From: Camelus ferus
Lineage: Eukaryota
Assembly: GCF_009834535.1 (NCBI RefSeq)
Contig: NC_045698.1
Span: 3,102,001 to 3,166,000, forward strand
Direction: 5' to 3'
DNA: 64,000 bases
Positions within the stretch are counted from its first letter, which is position 1; each line of letters begins with the position of its first letter. Position numbers and translations under genes: made by a program. The notes beneath the pieces are model-generated. The model saw only the letters and a program-made list of their open reading frames with translations. It was not told the origin of the DNA and made no database searches. Shown here one piece after another: positions 50,041-62,759 of the stretch.

Positions 50041-51719
50041 GCTTCTTCCATCTCTTACGAACAAGGGCACCATGGCGCCGGGCACAGTGGTCCCGTGGCT
50101 GCTGAGGGCCAGAGCAAGACAAATCTTGAGTGAGCGTCTGTCTGTTGGGGTACATTATTAATCCCAGCCAGGTTAGTGGGATGACCAGCAGTGGATTTTT
50201 AATGTAGCAGCCCAGGATGGACAAGGAAACCAGACTTTGCAGCTGAGTCCAGGCTCTCTGTCCCTGACACACCTGGGCCTGGCGAGGACACTGTCCCACC
50301 TGCCCCCTGGACTCCTAGGACCCCCTAAGAATATCAGGGAAGTCTCTGTGGCTGAATTGGGCCACGCATTTCCTGGGATAACCCGAGGGTGAGCTGAGTT
50401 GCCTGATCAGCCTCGTCTGCTTATTAATTTCATTTTTGTTTTGTATTTCTGTTGAAGAATTCCGAATGTGTGGAATAGAGGCAGGAGCTGAGATACCTCT
50501 GCTGAGAGTGAAAGCGGGGGTGAGTCGCCCCGGATCTCACATGACACAGTTCGATTCAGGATTCCAGTAACCTGCCCCCAGGTGCCTCTTTACCCTACCT
50601 CCAGGCCCGAGCAGACAGAGTGCTGGATTCATGACTTTATGCAGGGCAAATTCTATCACTCCCATTTTAGAGGAAGGGAAAAAAAAGCCTTAAGTGTCAG
50701 CCTTACCCTGTGATCTAATCTCTTGCCCCATTCTAGCAATTTTCTCATGATAGCTCGTAAGATGTCTGTTAATCAGGCGGAATGGAACAGAAAATTCTCT
50801 GCTGGTCTTGGTCCCTCGACGCACAGAGCAGCTTCCCAGCGGTGCCTCCTCGACCCCACTGTGCTTTTGCTGTCTCACATGGGAAATAATAATTCTTAAT
50901 ATTTGCCATCTTTAAAATGAGGAATTCTTTGGAAACTTCAGCTATGTTGAATGGTGTTTGATTCCCTTTTTAGATTTAGATCTTTTTTTTTTTTTTCCCT
51001 GCAACTTCCAGTAAACGCTCAACAGTGTTTTTAAACTGAGAAGCCGTGACCGCAGCACCCAGGCTAAGTGGACACGGGAGTGTGATGTATGGAACCTGGC
51101 AGGAGTCCCTCATTCATCTCTGAGGTGCTGCTGGAGTAGTGCTAATTCCAAAAGGCATTACATTAAAATAAAAAGCCCCCAATGGCAACTGAAGGTGGTT
51201 TTTTGTTTCCTGTCATCATCCATTTGTATCTGCCAATAGCCTCTAGTTAAATCAATGCTCCTGATAAATACTGCTTGGCTGAGGAAATAGAGCAAATCAT
51301 CATTTCTCAGTGATGGATATTTATCTCTTTCGGGGTAACATTTATTTTTCAGATGTGCACCCGCACTGCCTGATCCGATTTGGTAAGCGATTAACGCAGT
51401 TTAACGGGCTACTTAAAAGGAAAACTACTGAATGTGCCATTGTTTGCTTTCTCGTCCGTTCATCTTTTCTTGCGTTAGAATGAGTTATAACAGGTCAATA
51501 TGGACGCTGGGGAAGCGCAGGGCGGAAGCGGCTGTTACCCCTTAACTCTGGGTGCCCCAGAGTTTCTTGCTTTCAGCCCTCACTCCGCACGTCTCCTTGG
51601 ACACCCACGTTTGGGCTGTGCTGTGCACCGGGGGAGCCTGGGGAACTCAGCCTCAGCACCTGCGGTCACAGGAGAGAAACAAATACGTTAAAAACCACAC
51701 CAGTAAGTGGAAATTGCAG

Positions 51720-52350
51720 GTGTACTGAGGGCCAGCGTTTGAGACCTTCAGTGGGGAGAGCGAGCATTTGAGGAAGGGTTTCCGAAGCCAGCAGCTCTGC
51801 AGGACTGAGCCATCTCCATGGGTCCCCGAGGCAGGCCTCGCAAGGAAGCCCATTCCAGGAAGAGAGAGTGGCCGGGGCCAGCATCCCCGGGAAACAGTCA
51901 TCACACAGAGCACAAGGAAGTGCACGTGATGGGGACAGACACAGTGACAGAGGACCAGGCAGCAGAGGAGAGCGCTGGAGAGAGCCAGGTGGCGCAGGTG
52001 TCCGCGGGCCAGGCGGTCTCTGCTCAGAGCGGTGAAGCTACGGAAGGGCCAGCAGGTGGCTCAGGCTGGAAAGGGGGGTGTTTATGTCCAGGTCTGTGTT
52101 TTGCAATGAGGGCTCTGGCAGGGTTGTGGAGGCTGGATGGAGGGGGATGGAGAGGAGCCAGAGACCCCGTGTAGCCCACCTCCGTGGTGACCCCAGGGCA
52201 AGCATGGCGAGGGGCGAGGAGGTGGCGATGGTGACGGTGGAGCAGAATGGGTGGATTGAAGACAGACATGGAAGATAAGTGCAACAGAATTTGATGTCCA
52301 GTTGGATGCTGAACGAGAACAGGGCAGGATTTGATGTTTCTGGGATTCTG
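51720..52350 (-). mobile_element. L2 internal fragment, GC-shifted
   Basis: CCATTCCAGGAAGAG, TGTGTTTT...CTCTGGCAGGGTTGTGGAGGCTGGATGGAGGGG, GATGGTGACGGTGGAGCAGAATGGGTGGATT...CAACAGAATTTG: G-rich antisense L2 pattern. Confidence 0.6.
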
Positions 52351-52477
52351 GCAAACTAGTTCCTGTGGCCACCGTGCACAATTAAAGGCAATGATAGTGA
52401 GAGAGGACCCTGTTTGTGAGACCATGTGTGATTTCAGCAAGTACAAGGATACCCCTGGATAAGACGTTCGTTTGGCT

Positions 52478-52600
52478 TGCTCCATGCCAGGCACTGGTCT
52501 AAATTCCTTCCGTGTATTGGCATAATCATTTCTCATCACTTACCTTCGAGGCAGCTACTGTTACTGTCCCACAGAGGTCAAGAGAGCTTACCCCCCTGGG
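52478..52600 (-). mobile_element. MIR fragment
   Basis: ATGCCAGGCACTGGTCTAAATTCCTTCCGTGTATT...TCATTTCTCA. Confidence 0.6.
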
Positions 52601-53410
52601 CTGAGCCCTCAGGACGAGGAAGCAGTGGGTGTCTCACCCCCAGGCAGGGCTGCCTCCCTCTCTATTAAGTTGGCCCAACTTGTTCAAGATTTTAACAGAA
52701 GGTAACTATGGTTTCCCCATCTCTGGGTTTCTGTGGACCCAACATCCTTTCTTTTCCTGCAAGACAGTAGTGCCCTTGGCCAGATCCTGTAGTTCACCAG
52801 CATAGTGAGTTAATACAATCATCTCATTCAGATGTTCAAAGTCACACTTACGTTCAATGCAAAATTCCTCTCACATATCTTCCAACTCAAAGCTCCTTCT
52901 GCCCCACTTTGTGTGGACCAGAACTTGGAGGTGGAATGCGGGTCTGGTGTGCTCTGATTCTCAGAGTCCTCCCTTCTTCCCCCTCTTCCAGAATAAATAC
53001 ACTAGAGTTGACCTTGGAGGTGGGAAAAGAGAAAAAGAAAGCAGTCTGTCTATTTACGTGGGCAAAGGAGTCACCTTCTGTGGGCCCTGGGCTCCATGTT
53101 TGAGAGCCCCCCCATATCAGAAACAGAAAAAAGTATATACTCAGAGTATGCGAGTGGCTCTGTGCCTGGGGTCCCGTCTCAGTGCTGGGGCAGCACAGTC
53201 AGCTTCCTTAAACAGCTCCTCTCCTGACTGACCCTCTCAGGCCCCGGGGAAACCCTCCTGCACCGCTTTTACCCTGTGGCACGGAACAAAGTCGCTGTGT
53301 CTGAAGGTCATGGAGGTGGTGGGTTAAACCCCGCCAAAGTCAGAGACAGATGCTCTGTGGGGACACAAGCAGGTTTGGAGCAGCGTAACCAAACAGGTAA
53401 AAGGAAAGAC

Positions 53411-53568
53411 GGGGGGAGGGTGTATGGCTCAGTGGTAAAGCGTGTGCTGAGCACGCACGAGGTCCTGGGTTCAACCCCCAGCACCTCCATTAAAATAAAA
53501 ATAATAAATAAATAAATAAATAAATAAACAAACAAACAAACAAACCTAATCACCCACCCTCCCAAAAA
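53411..53568 (+). mobile_element. tRNA-Ala-derived SINE (Vic-1-like) with 12-bp TSD
   Basis: GGGGGGAGGGTGTATGGCTCAGTGGTAAAGCGTGTGCTGAGCACGCACGAGGTCCTGGGTTCAACCCCCAGCACC, then (TAAA)n(CAAA)n CCTAAT. TSD AAAAGGAAAGAC (53399-53410) / AAAACGAAAGAC (53569-53580). Confidence 0.93.
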
Positions 53569-54559
53569 AAAACGAAAGACAAATTAAGCAACTCGCCCGT
53601 CCCTTTCAGAGAGAGCGTGAAGATGGCAGATGATTCCCGGGTGGAGTGTTAGCTCGCAGCGTGCTGAACGTAGACACCTTCCTTCTCCTTGTATTTTAAC
53701 CTCTGGTTCTAGGAGCATTGTGCTTGGTAGCTGCAGGCAAGCTCTCAAAATAAAATTTTTAAAAACTTCATGTTACTCATAAATTTGTATATAAACAGAT
53801 TTATGCCAGATATTTGTAAACTCTGACACCAGATCTTTACCTAGACACCCATATTCTCATCCTCTTTGTCTCTCTCTTCTTTTACACAACTTAAATAAAG
53901 TCAAATTTAGAAAAAAAAATAAAGAAAAGAGTGTAAGGCACTATGTGCTCCACCACAGTCCTACTGCCATCAAAATGCGTTTGTCCTCAGTCTATAAAAC
54001 CTCGCTGGAGACTAAAAACATTAAATAACTTCCGGAATCAAACCTACCAGGTGTAAACCATCCAGAATATGCATCCTTTACCAACAGGAGATTTCTTTTA
54101 AATAATGCCTTCTTTTCAGGCTTTGTGCTGATGCTCACAGAAAATATAGGGAAAAAAAAAAACAGACATTTTGTAATTGTCATAGTTGCTTACAATTTCA
54201 AAGACTAATGAGCCTTTTAATTCATGAATGGAAATAACTTTTCCAGAATACAAAAACCCACTTTTTTCCCCAAAAAGGAGAAAAAAATGTGATACTATAA
54301 AGGATTTTGAATTCTAAGTAGAGACCGAAGTTCTAGAGTGTGTCCAGTTCTCCCTGGAGCCTAGAACTCTGGAAGGGGTGCTGCTCTCGGTGGGCCTGCC
54401 TCTGAGCAGACAGGCTTCTGCCCTGCGACTGAGGCAGCTGCTGGGGAAGCGGCTTTCCGTCCCTGTACCTAGTTCTGTGCCAAGCATATGTCCTTATGAG
54501 GAAGTAGGAATGACATGCCCTGAGGTTACCTCTGTATGAAATGCTTAGATATTTTGCAT

Positions 54560-54775
54560 CAGAATCTCTCAACTGGGGCGATTTTGCCCAAGGGACAGTT
54601 GGCAGAGTCTGGAGACGTTTTTCGTTGTCACAGTTGGGGAAGGGGCAGGCTATTGGCCTCTGGTTGGGAGAAATCAGGGGTGCCTCTCAACATCCCCCAA
54701 GGAGGGGATGGCATCCCCACAATGAAGGAATGCCTGGTCCAAAATGTGCGTGGCGCTGAGCCTGAGAAACCCCGC
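54560..54775 (+). mobile_element. MER20 (hAT-Charlie) DNA transposon
   Basis: TCTCAACTGGGGCGATTTTGCCC...GGGACAGTTGGCAGAGTCTGGAGACGTTTTTCGTTGTCACA...GGTCCAAAATGT...GCTGAGCCTGAGAAACCC; ~215 bp, near full length. Confidence 0.9.
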
Positions 54776-57700
54776 CCCACATAAAGCAGAAGTAGTGGGA
54801 CTATTAGAAAGGCGGCTGGGAGCTACCTTGGAAAACTCAGAAGATAATAATCTGATGAAGCTCGAAGCACTGTGCAAAGTTCCTGCTCAGCACCAGGTGC
54901 ACAAGGCAGCGATGGTTAAGACATAAGACCAAGCCCCTTCCTTGGACACCGCTGGCAGGTGTCACATCCGCAGGGAAAGGGAGAGGTGGATGAGGTGGGT
55001 GGCCTTGAACTCAAGTTGAAGCTTGTGTAACAAGGTGGCGGCACGGAGAGGAGGGAAAAGGACTCATGGTGTCACCATCGTACTGACTTCCCTGACTGTC
55101 TGGAGACAGCGAGTGATGATGACAATGGCCTCATAAAGTACAAGAGCTGAGAAGATGGAATTTTCCTGATTCACTCCTCGTGTTGACCACGGCTGTGACT
55201 TCTCCTCGTGTTGATCACTGCTACAACTTACCATAAACTACAAGCCCAAGAGCGATACTTTATCTGCTTAAATGCTGACGAAAAGAAAAAGCCATAGGTT
55301 GTTTAAAAGTGACTGAAAGACTTCCACGGGAAACTATGAATGGTGTCATTCTCTCTCTGGGGTCTGACATCGAGAGAATGAGGAAAGGTGGTTGTGGTGT
55401 TCGTCAACCACAGTGCACACAAGTGCCAGCGCTTCAGCTGCCCGCGTGCTAATGCACAGTTACTAAGTAAGCACTCCCCTCTCTGCCACCAACAGTGACC
55501 TTCTTTCGGTCAGAAGCCAAAGGCAAGAGCTACTTATGGTTCCTGTAAAGGGCCTCCAGGCTGCGTTCTTGGTTCCTCCAGTTTCCTGACTTTCCTAAGT
55601 TGTCACTCTGACCATCACGGTCCTGCCCATCAGTCTGGCCCGCGGTACTTGGGGATGTGCAAAGCACGTGACTCCCTCCATCTGACCGCAAGACTTAAGC
55701 AAGAGAACTGGGCAGAAGCTTCACACACACATCAAAGTATCAGCTGCACCCTTACCACGTCCCCCTTTCCTCTCCTTCCCTGAATTAAGATGGTGCTCTT
55801 TAAATCAATTTAAACAGAATTTGAAACAAAGTGCCTCCCTGCTGGTGGCAGCATATCGCAGGCAGGATCCTGACCACTGATGGGGTTTGGGTCACAAACA
55901 GACCACCAGGACAAGGGCAGGACATGAGCATCAAAGGAAGCTCACTGGCCTGAAATGCAGCAACGCCACAGGCAGTCGGTTCTCACATTAACGTGGCTCA
56001 GCCCAGCCACTGGGTAGACAGAGGGTGTGTGAAAAGAATTCGTTTCTTTTCACTGTTTTCATTTTTCCTGGTTATGTCAGTTTATGGTGATGCCAACTAA
56101 AAAGTATTGACTAATAAAAGAAAAAAGTTTAGTTGGTTTTAGTAATTCTAGAATAAATTTTGAAAGCAAAAGAAGATCATGAGGGAGGTATTAAAAAAAT
56201 AACTGCAGTAAATCAGAAAGAAGCCAGATAGCTCTGAAGTTGCAGTCGCTCAGGTTTGGAAGATAAAATTGCCAGCTACTGGTCTTCCTCCTCATAAAAA
56301 CTCTGCTCCTCACGTGTTAATGTCTACAAAGAGTAGGGATTAAAGGGAAATTGGGTAAATAGGATAATATTTAATGATATAGTAAAAGATAAAAACGCTT
56401 GACTCAAATAATCAGGTCTGCGAAAGTGCTCGGCTGTGCGTTCTTGGAAGGGAAGTGGGCTGGGGTAGGTAAAAATGAATATTCCTCATGAAAATCTGAA
56501 GTTAAAGACTCAGAGCTCAGATTTGTTGAGTTGCCCATTTACACATTGTTCAACTAGCACACAGTTAGTGTTCATTATCTGGAAAAAGGGGGATTTTTTC
56601 CTCTTCCCTAAAGAGGAGATTAGGTCCCTAGCCACAAGAGACCCACAGTCCACTAGGAGGGCTTCTAAAGGTCAAGGCTAATAAGAACTCACCCCAGTGG
56701 TGGTGCTTCCTGGGACGCGGTGTGCGGGAACCATGCTGACTGTCATCTGGGGCCCCGCCTCCCTCTGATGTCAAGACTTCTGCCAGCACCCATCCAAGAG
56801 GCTGCCCCTCCACGGTGTGGTGTGCGAGGCCCTGTGAGAAGCAGCAGGCGCTACAGGAAAGGGCTCGGGGGTGGGGGTCACCAGCTCCCTTGTTAGGTCG
56901 GGTATTTGCCTGGGTCCCCAGGGAAGGCCGTTGGTGGGTCAGGAGTGGGGATGAGGCATCCCCATCAATAGAACAGCACACACAGATGCAGGAAAAGGAG
57001 CACCAGAAACGTGGGGCCCTGGAGTTCAGCTTGGCCAAGGCAGGGAGGGTGGAGGCGAGGCAGGTGGGAGATGGGGCTGGCTCCTGCCCGCTGTCACCCC
57101 CAGGGCTGCATCCTGACACTGCCCTGGCTGTGCTGCTCCCGCCCCAGGCCTCAGCCTCCCTGGGCCCGAGTTTCTTCAACTACAGTTCACGAGTGTTGGA
57201 TCTGAGAGTCCCTAGTGTTTTCCCAGAGGTACAGAACATGGCCTGTGACCTTCTCTAAGTCCCAGAGCAAAGCAGCTCCATAATCGGGAAGAGAACAAGT
57301 CTCAGCACAAACCCAGGACCAGCTAACATGGTATCATCGCTAATCCTGTGCATATTGGCTCTTAATGCTCAATTATACCTTGAATTAAACCCAAAGGCAC
57401 TTACGACCTCCCAGCGGATATAGGCAGCATCATTCTGGCTCTGACAGCGATTAGCATGACGGGGCCCCCGGATCTGCACCAGAGATCAATTTGCCATATG
57501 TTCATTAATGAAGTGATATTAAGCTCTTGAATAAAAGGGATTCCCCCTTTTAATTCATGTGTAAAAATTATATTAACATCTTTCTGGGAGGACAGAAAGA
57601 CAAAGTCTACAATTAATTTCCATTTTATCATGTTAAAATAATGAGAGAATTCTTAAGCTAAATAAATTGGTTTATTCTCTCACAAAAATGCATTTACAAA

Positions 57701-57989
57701 ATTAGAGCTGAAAAGTATGTATTTCACATAAATCATTGGTCAATATATAAAGCTGCCGTATATATAATATAGCCACGATTTTTACATAATTGCTACGAAT
57801 TACTTTTTCCCTGTGTTATTCAGTGTCATCTAGGCAGTGAGAACATTTTCCTTAGAATTGAGAACTAGAACAAATTTGTCTTTCTTCACTTAATTGCATA
57901 TACCTTTAACTAAATGTTGTGGGCCAGAATGCTGAATCTTATCACTATTTTTTCGATAATAGAAAAGTTATCCTTCTATCACACATCAG

Positions 57990-58560
57990 TGCCAATGAAT
58001 CATGCTTGCCAGTACAAACTGAATCTGAACTAGATCAAACTCTAGACCCAATTTCTAGTTTTCATGATACAGAAAGATAGAAAAGAAGAAAAACATAAAA
58101 TTCACAAAAAAATAATCCTACTAGCCCCACATGTGTTGTATTCATCAAGATACTAAGTCAGTAAGAAAAAAACAAAGGTTTAGGTCTAAATAGATTAAAT
58201 GAACTAAAGAGATATGGTGACTATGAAAGTCTGGCTTAAAACAGAAACTCTCTCCTATTGAAACAAATGGGCAGGTGTGGAAATTGTAATGTGATCAAGG
58301 TATCAGATTGATATTGATGCTGTTAATGAATCATGGCTAACTATGGCTAGTGCCATGATGATTATGCCATATACCGTGCTTGTTCTTGGGTGAAGCAGGC
58401 GAAAGCTCTTAGGAGTGAAGTGTCATTATGTTTTGAACTTACTTGAACCTGCTCCTTCTGGTCAGTAAACACGTGCATGTGCCTGCATGTATAGCTGTGT
58501 GTGTATGTTTCTGGAGAGAGATGAAACAAAGACACAAATATTAACAACCAAGGACACCAG
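57990..58560 (+). mobile_element. Ancient L1MC4/5-like 3' end
   Basis: GAATCTGAACTAGATCAA...TCTAGA, TAGATTAAATGAACTAAAGAGATATG, TTAGGAGTGAAGTGTCATTATG...AACTTACTT. Confidence 0.65.
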
Positions 58561-60359
58561 GAGGAGACTGATTGACAAGAATAATGGCTAAAGAGAGAGA
58601 GAATTACCCTTTCCAAGACTCAATCTCTCTAAAACATTAAAATTACAGCAAGTGCAGCCAAAGTTAAGAGTGATTAAAGAATAGGGGCGCACCTTGTGAC
58701 TGAGTCTAAGAATTTGAAGAGCACAAAGTGCACTCAGTAAATGCTACCTGGGCTGACACTCTGCTGAGTTCCTTGTGCCTCTGAGCCTCCCCTCCTTGGC
58801 TACTACACATGTGACTAGAAAAGAACATAAGAAAGGAAGCCCACAGTTAGCGTGTGCAGACTGTGTTTAACTGAATGCACTGTCTGTCTCTCAGACACAC
58901 TCCCTCAGTGCTGGCCTCACCAGGGCTTGATCTGCAGTGAAAGGACCCGCAGAGGTGCACCATGGATCAGAAATCAAGAAAATCTGTGGAATTTGGTAGA
59001 AACCAGAAGACCCGAATTAAGAAAGGGCAGTAGAGATAAGCCTTCCCTGTCAAGTCAGGAGAAACACAGACCCGGCACCAGACAACAGAGTTGGATCATG
59101 TCGGTTATGGCATTGTCAGGGAAAGAAAAATCCCTTTGTTTCCATATTGTTTTATATAGGAATTCAGGATTGGCACCACCATTGGGAGAGAGGGGGAATG
59201 AAGTTCAGAATATCCATCTCAGCACTTAGAGAAGACAACGTTTAGGATCTCAGCTTGAAGTATCAAAGAGCATGGTCCACAAGAGTGTGCTGTGGTTTTG
59301 AAGGGTCTCTAGGAAGCTCCCAGGGTCTCTCTGAAGCTGACGCTCAAGAATACAGAACCACTGTGAACCTGCCCGCACGTTGGGCAGCCGCTGCCCACAG
59401 AGGACAGTGGCATACTCTTCTCTCCCACCTTCCAGACCTCATGGAAGGGTTTCTCACTGGAAGCAAATGCTGAGAAATGTGGTCCCTGCACTGCAGAGGA
59501 GCCTTAAGAAGGGGCGGTCATTATGTGCGATCAAAAACAGAGGACTGAAGACAATCTAACATTTTGTCACCAGCATCCATACATCCACTTCACCCGTAAC
59601 TCACTTCCAAATGTAAACAGTCACAGCCCTGAACTCTTACGTGTACGGTTGAAGACGTGCTCTCTCATTTTCCAAAAGGGAGACTCACATCCCTAGTGCC
59701 AATTTATCCACCTGCAAAAGACGCCCATTCTTGCTTTTTTTTTTTCTTTTTTTTTTTTTGTCATGATCTTCCTCTGAAATATACAGTGAGTATTTAGCTA
59801 GCACAAGCTAAAGGGGGTGGAATGGGGTGTGGAGGGATCTCCCTCTGGAATTATCTACGTATCTATTGACTTTTTCATTTGCTGATTGACTTGTATTTTC
59901 CTGAGTGCTACCTCCCTCGCCCCTCCCTGGGAAGGACCCTGCATTTTAGGATCTTGGAGGAGATGCGGATTTTTGCTTTTTCTCTCCTACACTTCACCCT
60001 CACTATACACAGTGTTTATGATCCACAAGCCTGGAACTCAGCTGTCCAGTTTCTCCCTAGAGTAAAACCTCGGAATCTGGAAGAGCAGCATGAGGTCAGT
60101 TGATGGGTTGACCGGGGGGGGGCATCAAATACTCGAAAGTTCTTCAAGTGCTCTGTCTTCATTCCACGCCCCTGTGCCAAGCCCTACTGCACCATCTGAG
60201 CTTGTGGTTGACAGACGTATTGAAAGCTCCTCTCTAGTGATTTCTGATTCCCTGTGTTCTTAAGGTGTTTTTCTGTTGTTAGTCCTTTCCTGTGATTTTA
60301 TTTAAATTTTATGAAGAAGAGGAAGTAATTACCCAATCAGTCCATAAACAACTCAACAC

Positions 60360-60960
60360 TATCAGATATTTGAGGGGAACCTTCACCATGAGATAGACCA
60401 ACATGAGACAAAAACTGAAACGGAAGGCAACTGGGCAATGTAAAACAAACAAACAAACAAACTGAGGAAATCTAAGAACAAAGTTGATGAAAGTGGTAAA
60501 AAAAATAATGAAAATGATTAAAAAATATTATATTCATAAAAGAGAAAATACTATTTCAAGAAAAGGAAATCATTCACGAAAGTTAAAGATAAAATAGACC
60601 AAATTTAAAATACAGAGGGTTGAAGGAAAAGTCAAGGAAGTCTGTCAAAAAGTAGAATAGAAAAGAGAACAGAAATAGAAAAGAGGAAAGAAACTACAAA
60701 GGTGATCATGGAGAGAAAAAAATATATTAAAAAAAAAAAGAAAGAAAAAATTTAGCAGGTGTTATCAGAATGGAGAATGTATCAAAAGCCGTGAACAGTG
60801 AATGAAAAGAGACTCAAACCAAAGTAGAACATGGTAACATTCTAGAACCTCAGGAATACAGAGACGGTTCCAAAAGATCCAGAAAATGTGGGTCACATAC
60901 AAAATAACAAGTTAGAATGAGTCAGACATCTTAGAGGCAACAATGGATCGTAGACTTTGC
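60360..60960 (+). mobile_element. Ancient L1/HAL1 ORF1-region fragment
   Basis: ATCAGATATTTGAGG, AGGGTTGAAGGAAAAGTCAAGGAAGTCT...AAAGTAGAA, CCAGAAAA...GGTCACATACAAAA. Confidence 0.6.
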
Positions 60961-60984
60961 CCTAGTTAACATTGCAAGTCTCAA

Positions 60985-62260
60985 ACAGGTGTGCTTCAGG
61001 ATTCTACACTCTCAAAATCATTGAAAATAAAGGCTTTTATTTACATAGGTTGTATATGCATTGAAATTTGTGACACTGGAAATAAAAACTGCTAAACTGT
61101 ATACTCTTTCTTCCTTGGTTCATTTAAAAGCAACAATAATTAGCCCAATAAATGTAGATACATATATATAATGCAGTTTTATGAAAAATAATTTTATTTT
61201 TAAAAAGGCAGTGACAATAGTGTCATTCATTGTTTTTAACTTGTCGCAGGTCTATTTAATGCCAAGCTTCTTGGAAGACAGCAAGGGTCCTCATATCTGC
61301 TTCTTCATTTCATCTCATGGGATGAATTATGTTGGTTCAAGTATATAAAGAAAATCTGACCTCACAGACATATGTGCCTGGAAAACAGAAATATTTTAAT
61401 AACCTCCTTGTGAAATTGTGGATATTCTTCTGTGATACTACGGGCACAGAACAAGTAGTATCAGATTCCACATTAGTTTCCTGCAATGTGGTGCTTTTAA
61501 AAAAATCAATTTTTCATGCTCCGTTACATTTTAAAACCCACTGGTCGTTTGTGAATTTTGAATGAATGGATCTTTTAGCCCATTTGTGATTCTGTAACAT
61601 CCCTCATTGATCATTTGGAAAACATTGGTTCACTGAGTTTTACAGATCTTCTAATTCTTGACACGTTTCATTAAAAAATATCCCCAAAGTCACTGTTATT
61701 AATAACACCATCCATCTCATCAAAATAGTCTCTAAATATCGAGAAGCTGTCAAGCTCATGTTTGAAAACTCAAATTCTATCCTTGGCAACAAATTCTGTC
61801 AGTTGTTTTCCTTGAGGTGTCAGGCTGACTTGATTTGTTTTTGAGAAATTGTCTACAAAATGTCTACCAAAGTCTGAATAATTATGGTTTGTCTGTCAGT
61901 TGTTGTTTCAATTAAATATGGTGCTCAGGGAAGAACACAGCTAGATCAGCATCCAGCTCAATCACAGAAGGGCTTTTCCTGGAAGCAGCTGCCATGCTTC
62001 AGTTTGCAGCAGAAACACATGGTGAGGGTTTTCCACGCCATCCCACAGAGTCCTGCAAACCAAGGATTCCCCAGTACTCTGGCCCAGAATAATGGAGTAA
62101 GGGACTCCTGCAGACATGGCTCTTCTGCCTCCACAGGCAGTGGGATGGACCTACAGGACCACAGCCCCACACCACTCTATGTTTTCTCTCTAGAGGTTCC
62201 TGCTTAAGAGCTTCTAGATAACATTTTTACTAAAAGTATTAAGACATCTTTAGTATACAC
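60985..62260 (-). mobile_element. Charlie1-like hAT DNA transposon remnant
   Basis: GAAGACAGC...CTCATATCTGCTTCT, GAAAATCTGACCTCACAGACATATGT, TTGGTTCACTGAGTT, GAAGCTGTCAAGCTCA, GGCAACAAATTCTGTCAGTTGTTTTCCTTGA, TGCAGCAGAA. About 150 bp of unrelated sequence sits at ~62060-62210. Confidence 0.85.
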
Positions 62261-62759
62261 TCAGACAATGTTAACATATTTACAAGAACTTGGTAGATGA
62301 ATTTATGAGTTTAATTTTTAATATTTATGTGATCTTACTGCTTCAGATTATTTTATTCTTGGGGTTTTATGTCTGTCCTGTCTGGAATTTGAAGTGCTCA
62401 GTGATTAATCTAACATAATAACTCAAAATAAAGTTTGAATATTTAAGGTCATTTGCTCAAATAGCAATTCAATGGCTCTGATTGTTTTAAGGGGAGTTTT
62501 AAAATGCATTTGATTTATTCAATATTCATTAAAAAACAACAAAAATTTGCTAGATTAATAAATCAAACAGAAAGATTTATAAATTGGATTTAACTACTGA
62601 AATGAAGCTAAAGTTATAGAATTTGCATATTAATATATTGTATATTACTATAAAATCCAAATAATTGCTCTCTGGCCTCTGCATGGACCTAAACATATAC
62701 ACACACATATGCACACATACACATATCTCCCAATTTAGATCACAAGCATTTAAAAGAAT

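Noticed and set aside
55831..55853. CTCF-like motif (also near 17883 and 43818)
   Set aside because: Mismatches at core positions; cannot be distinguished from chance without a PWM scan or ChIP data.
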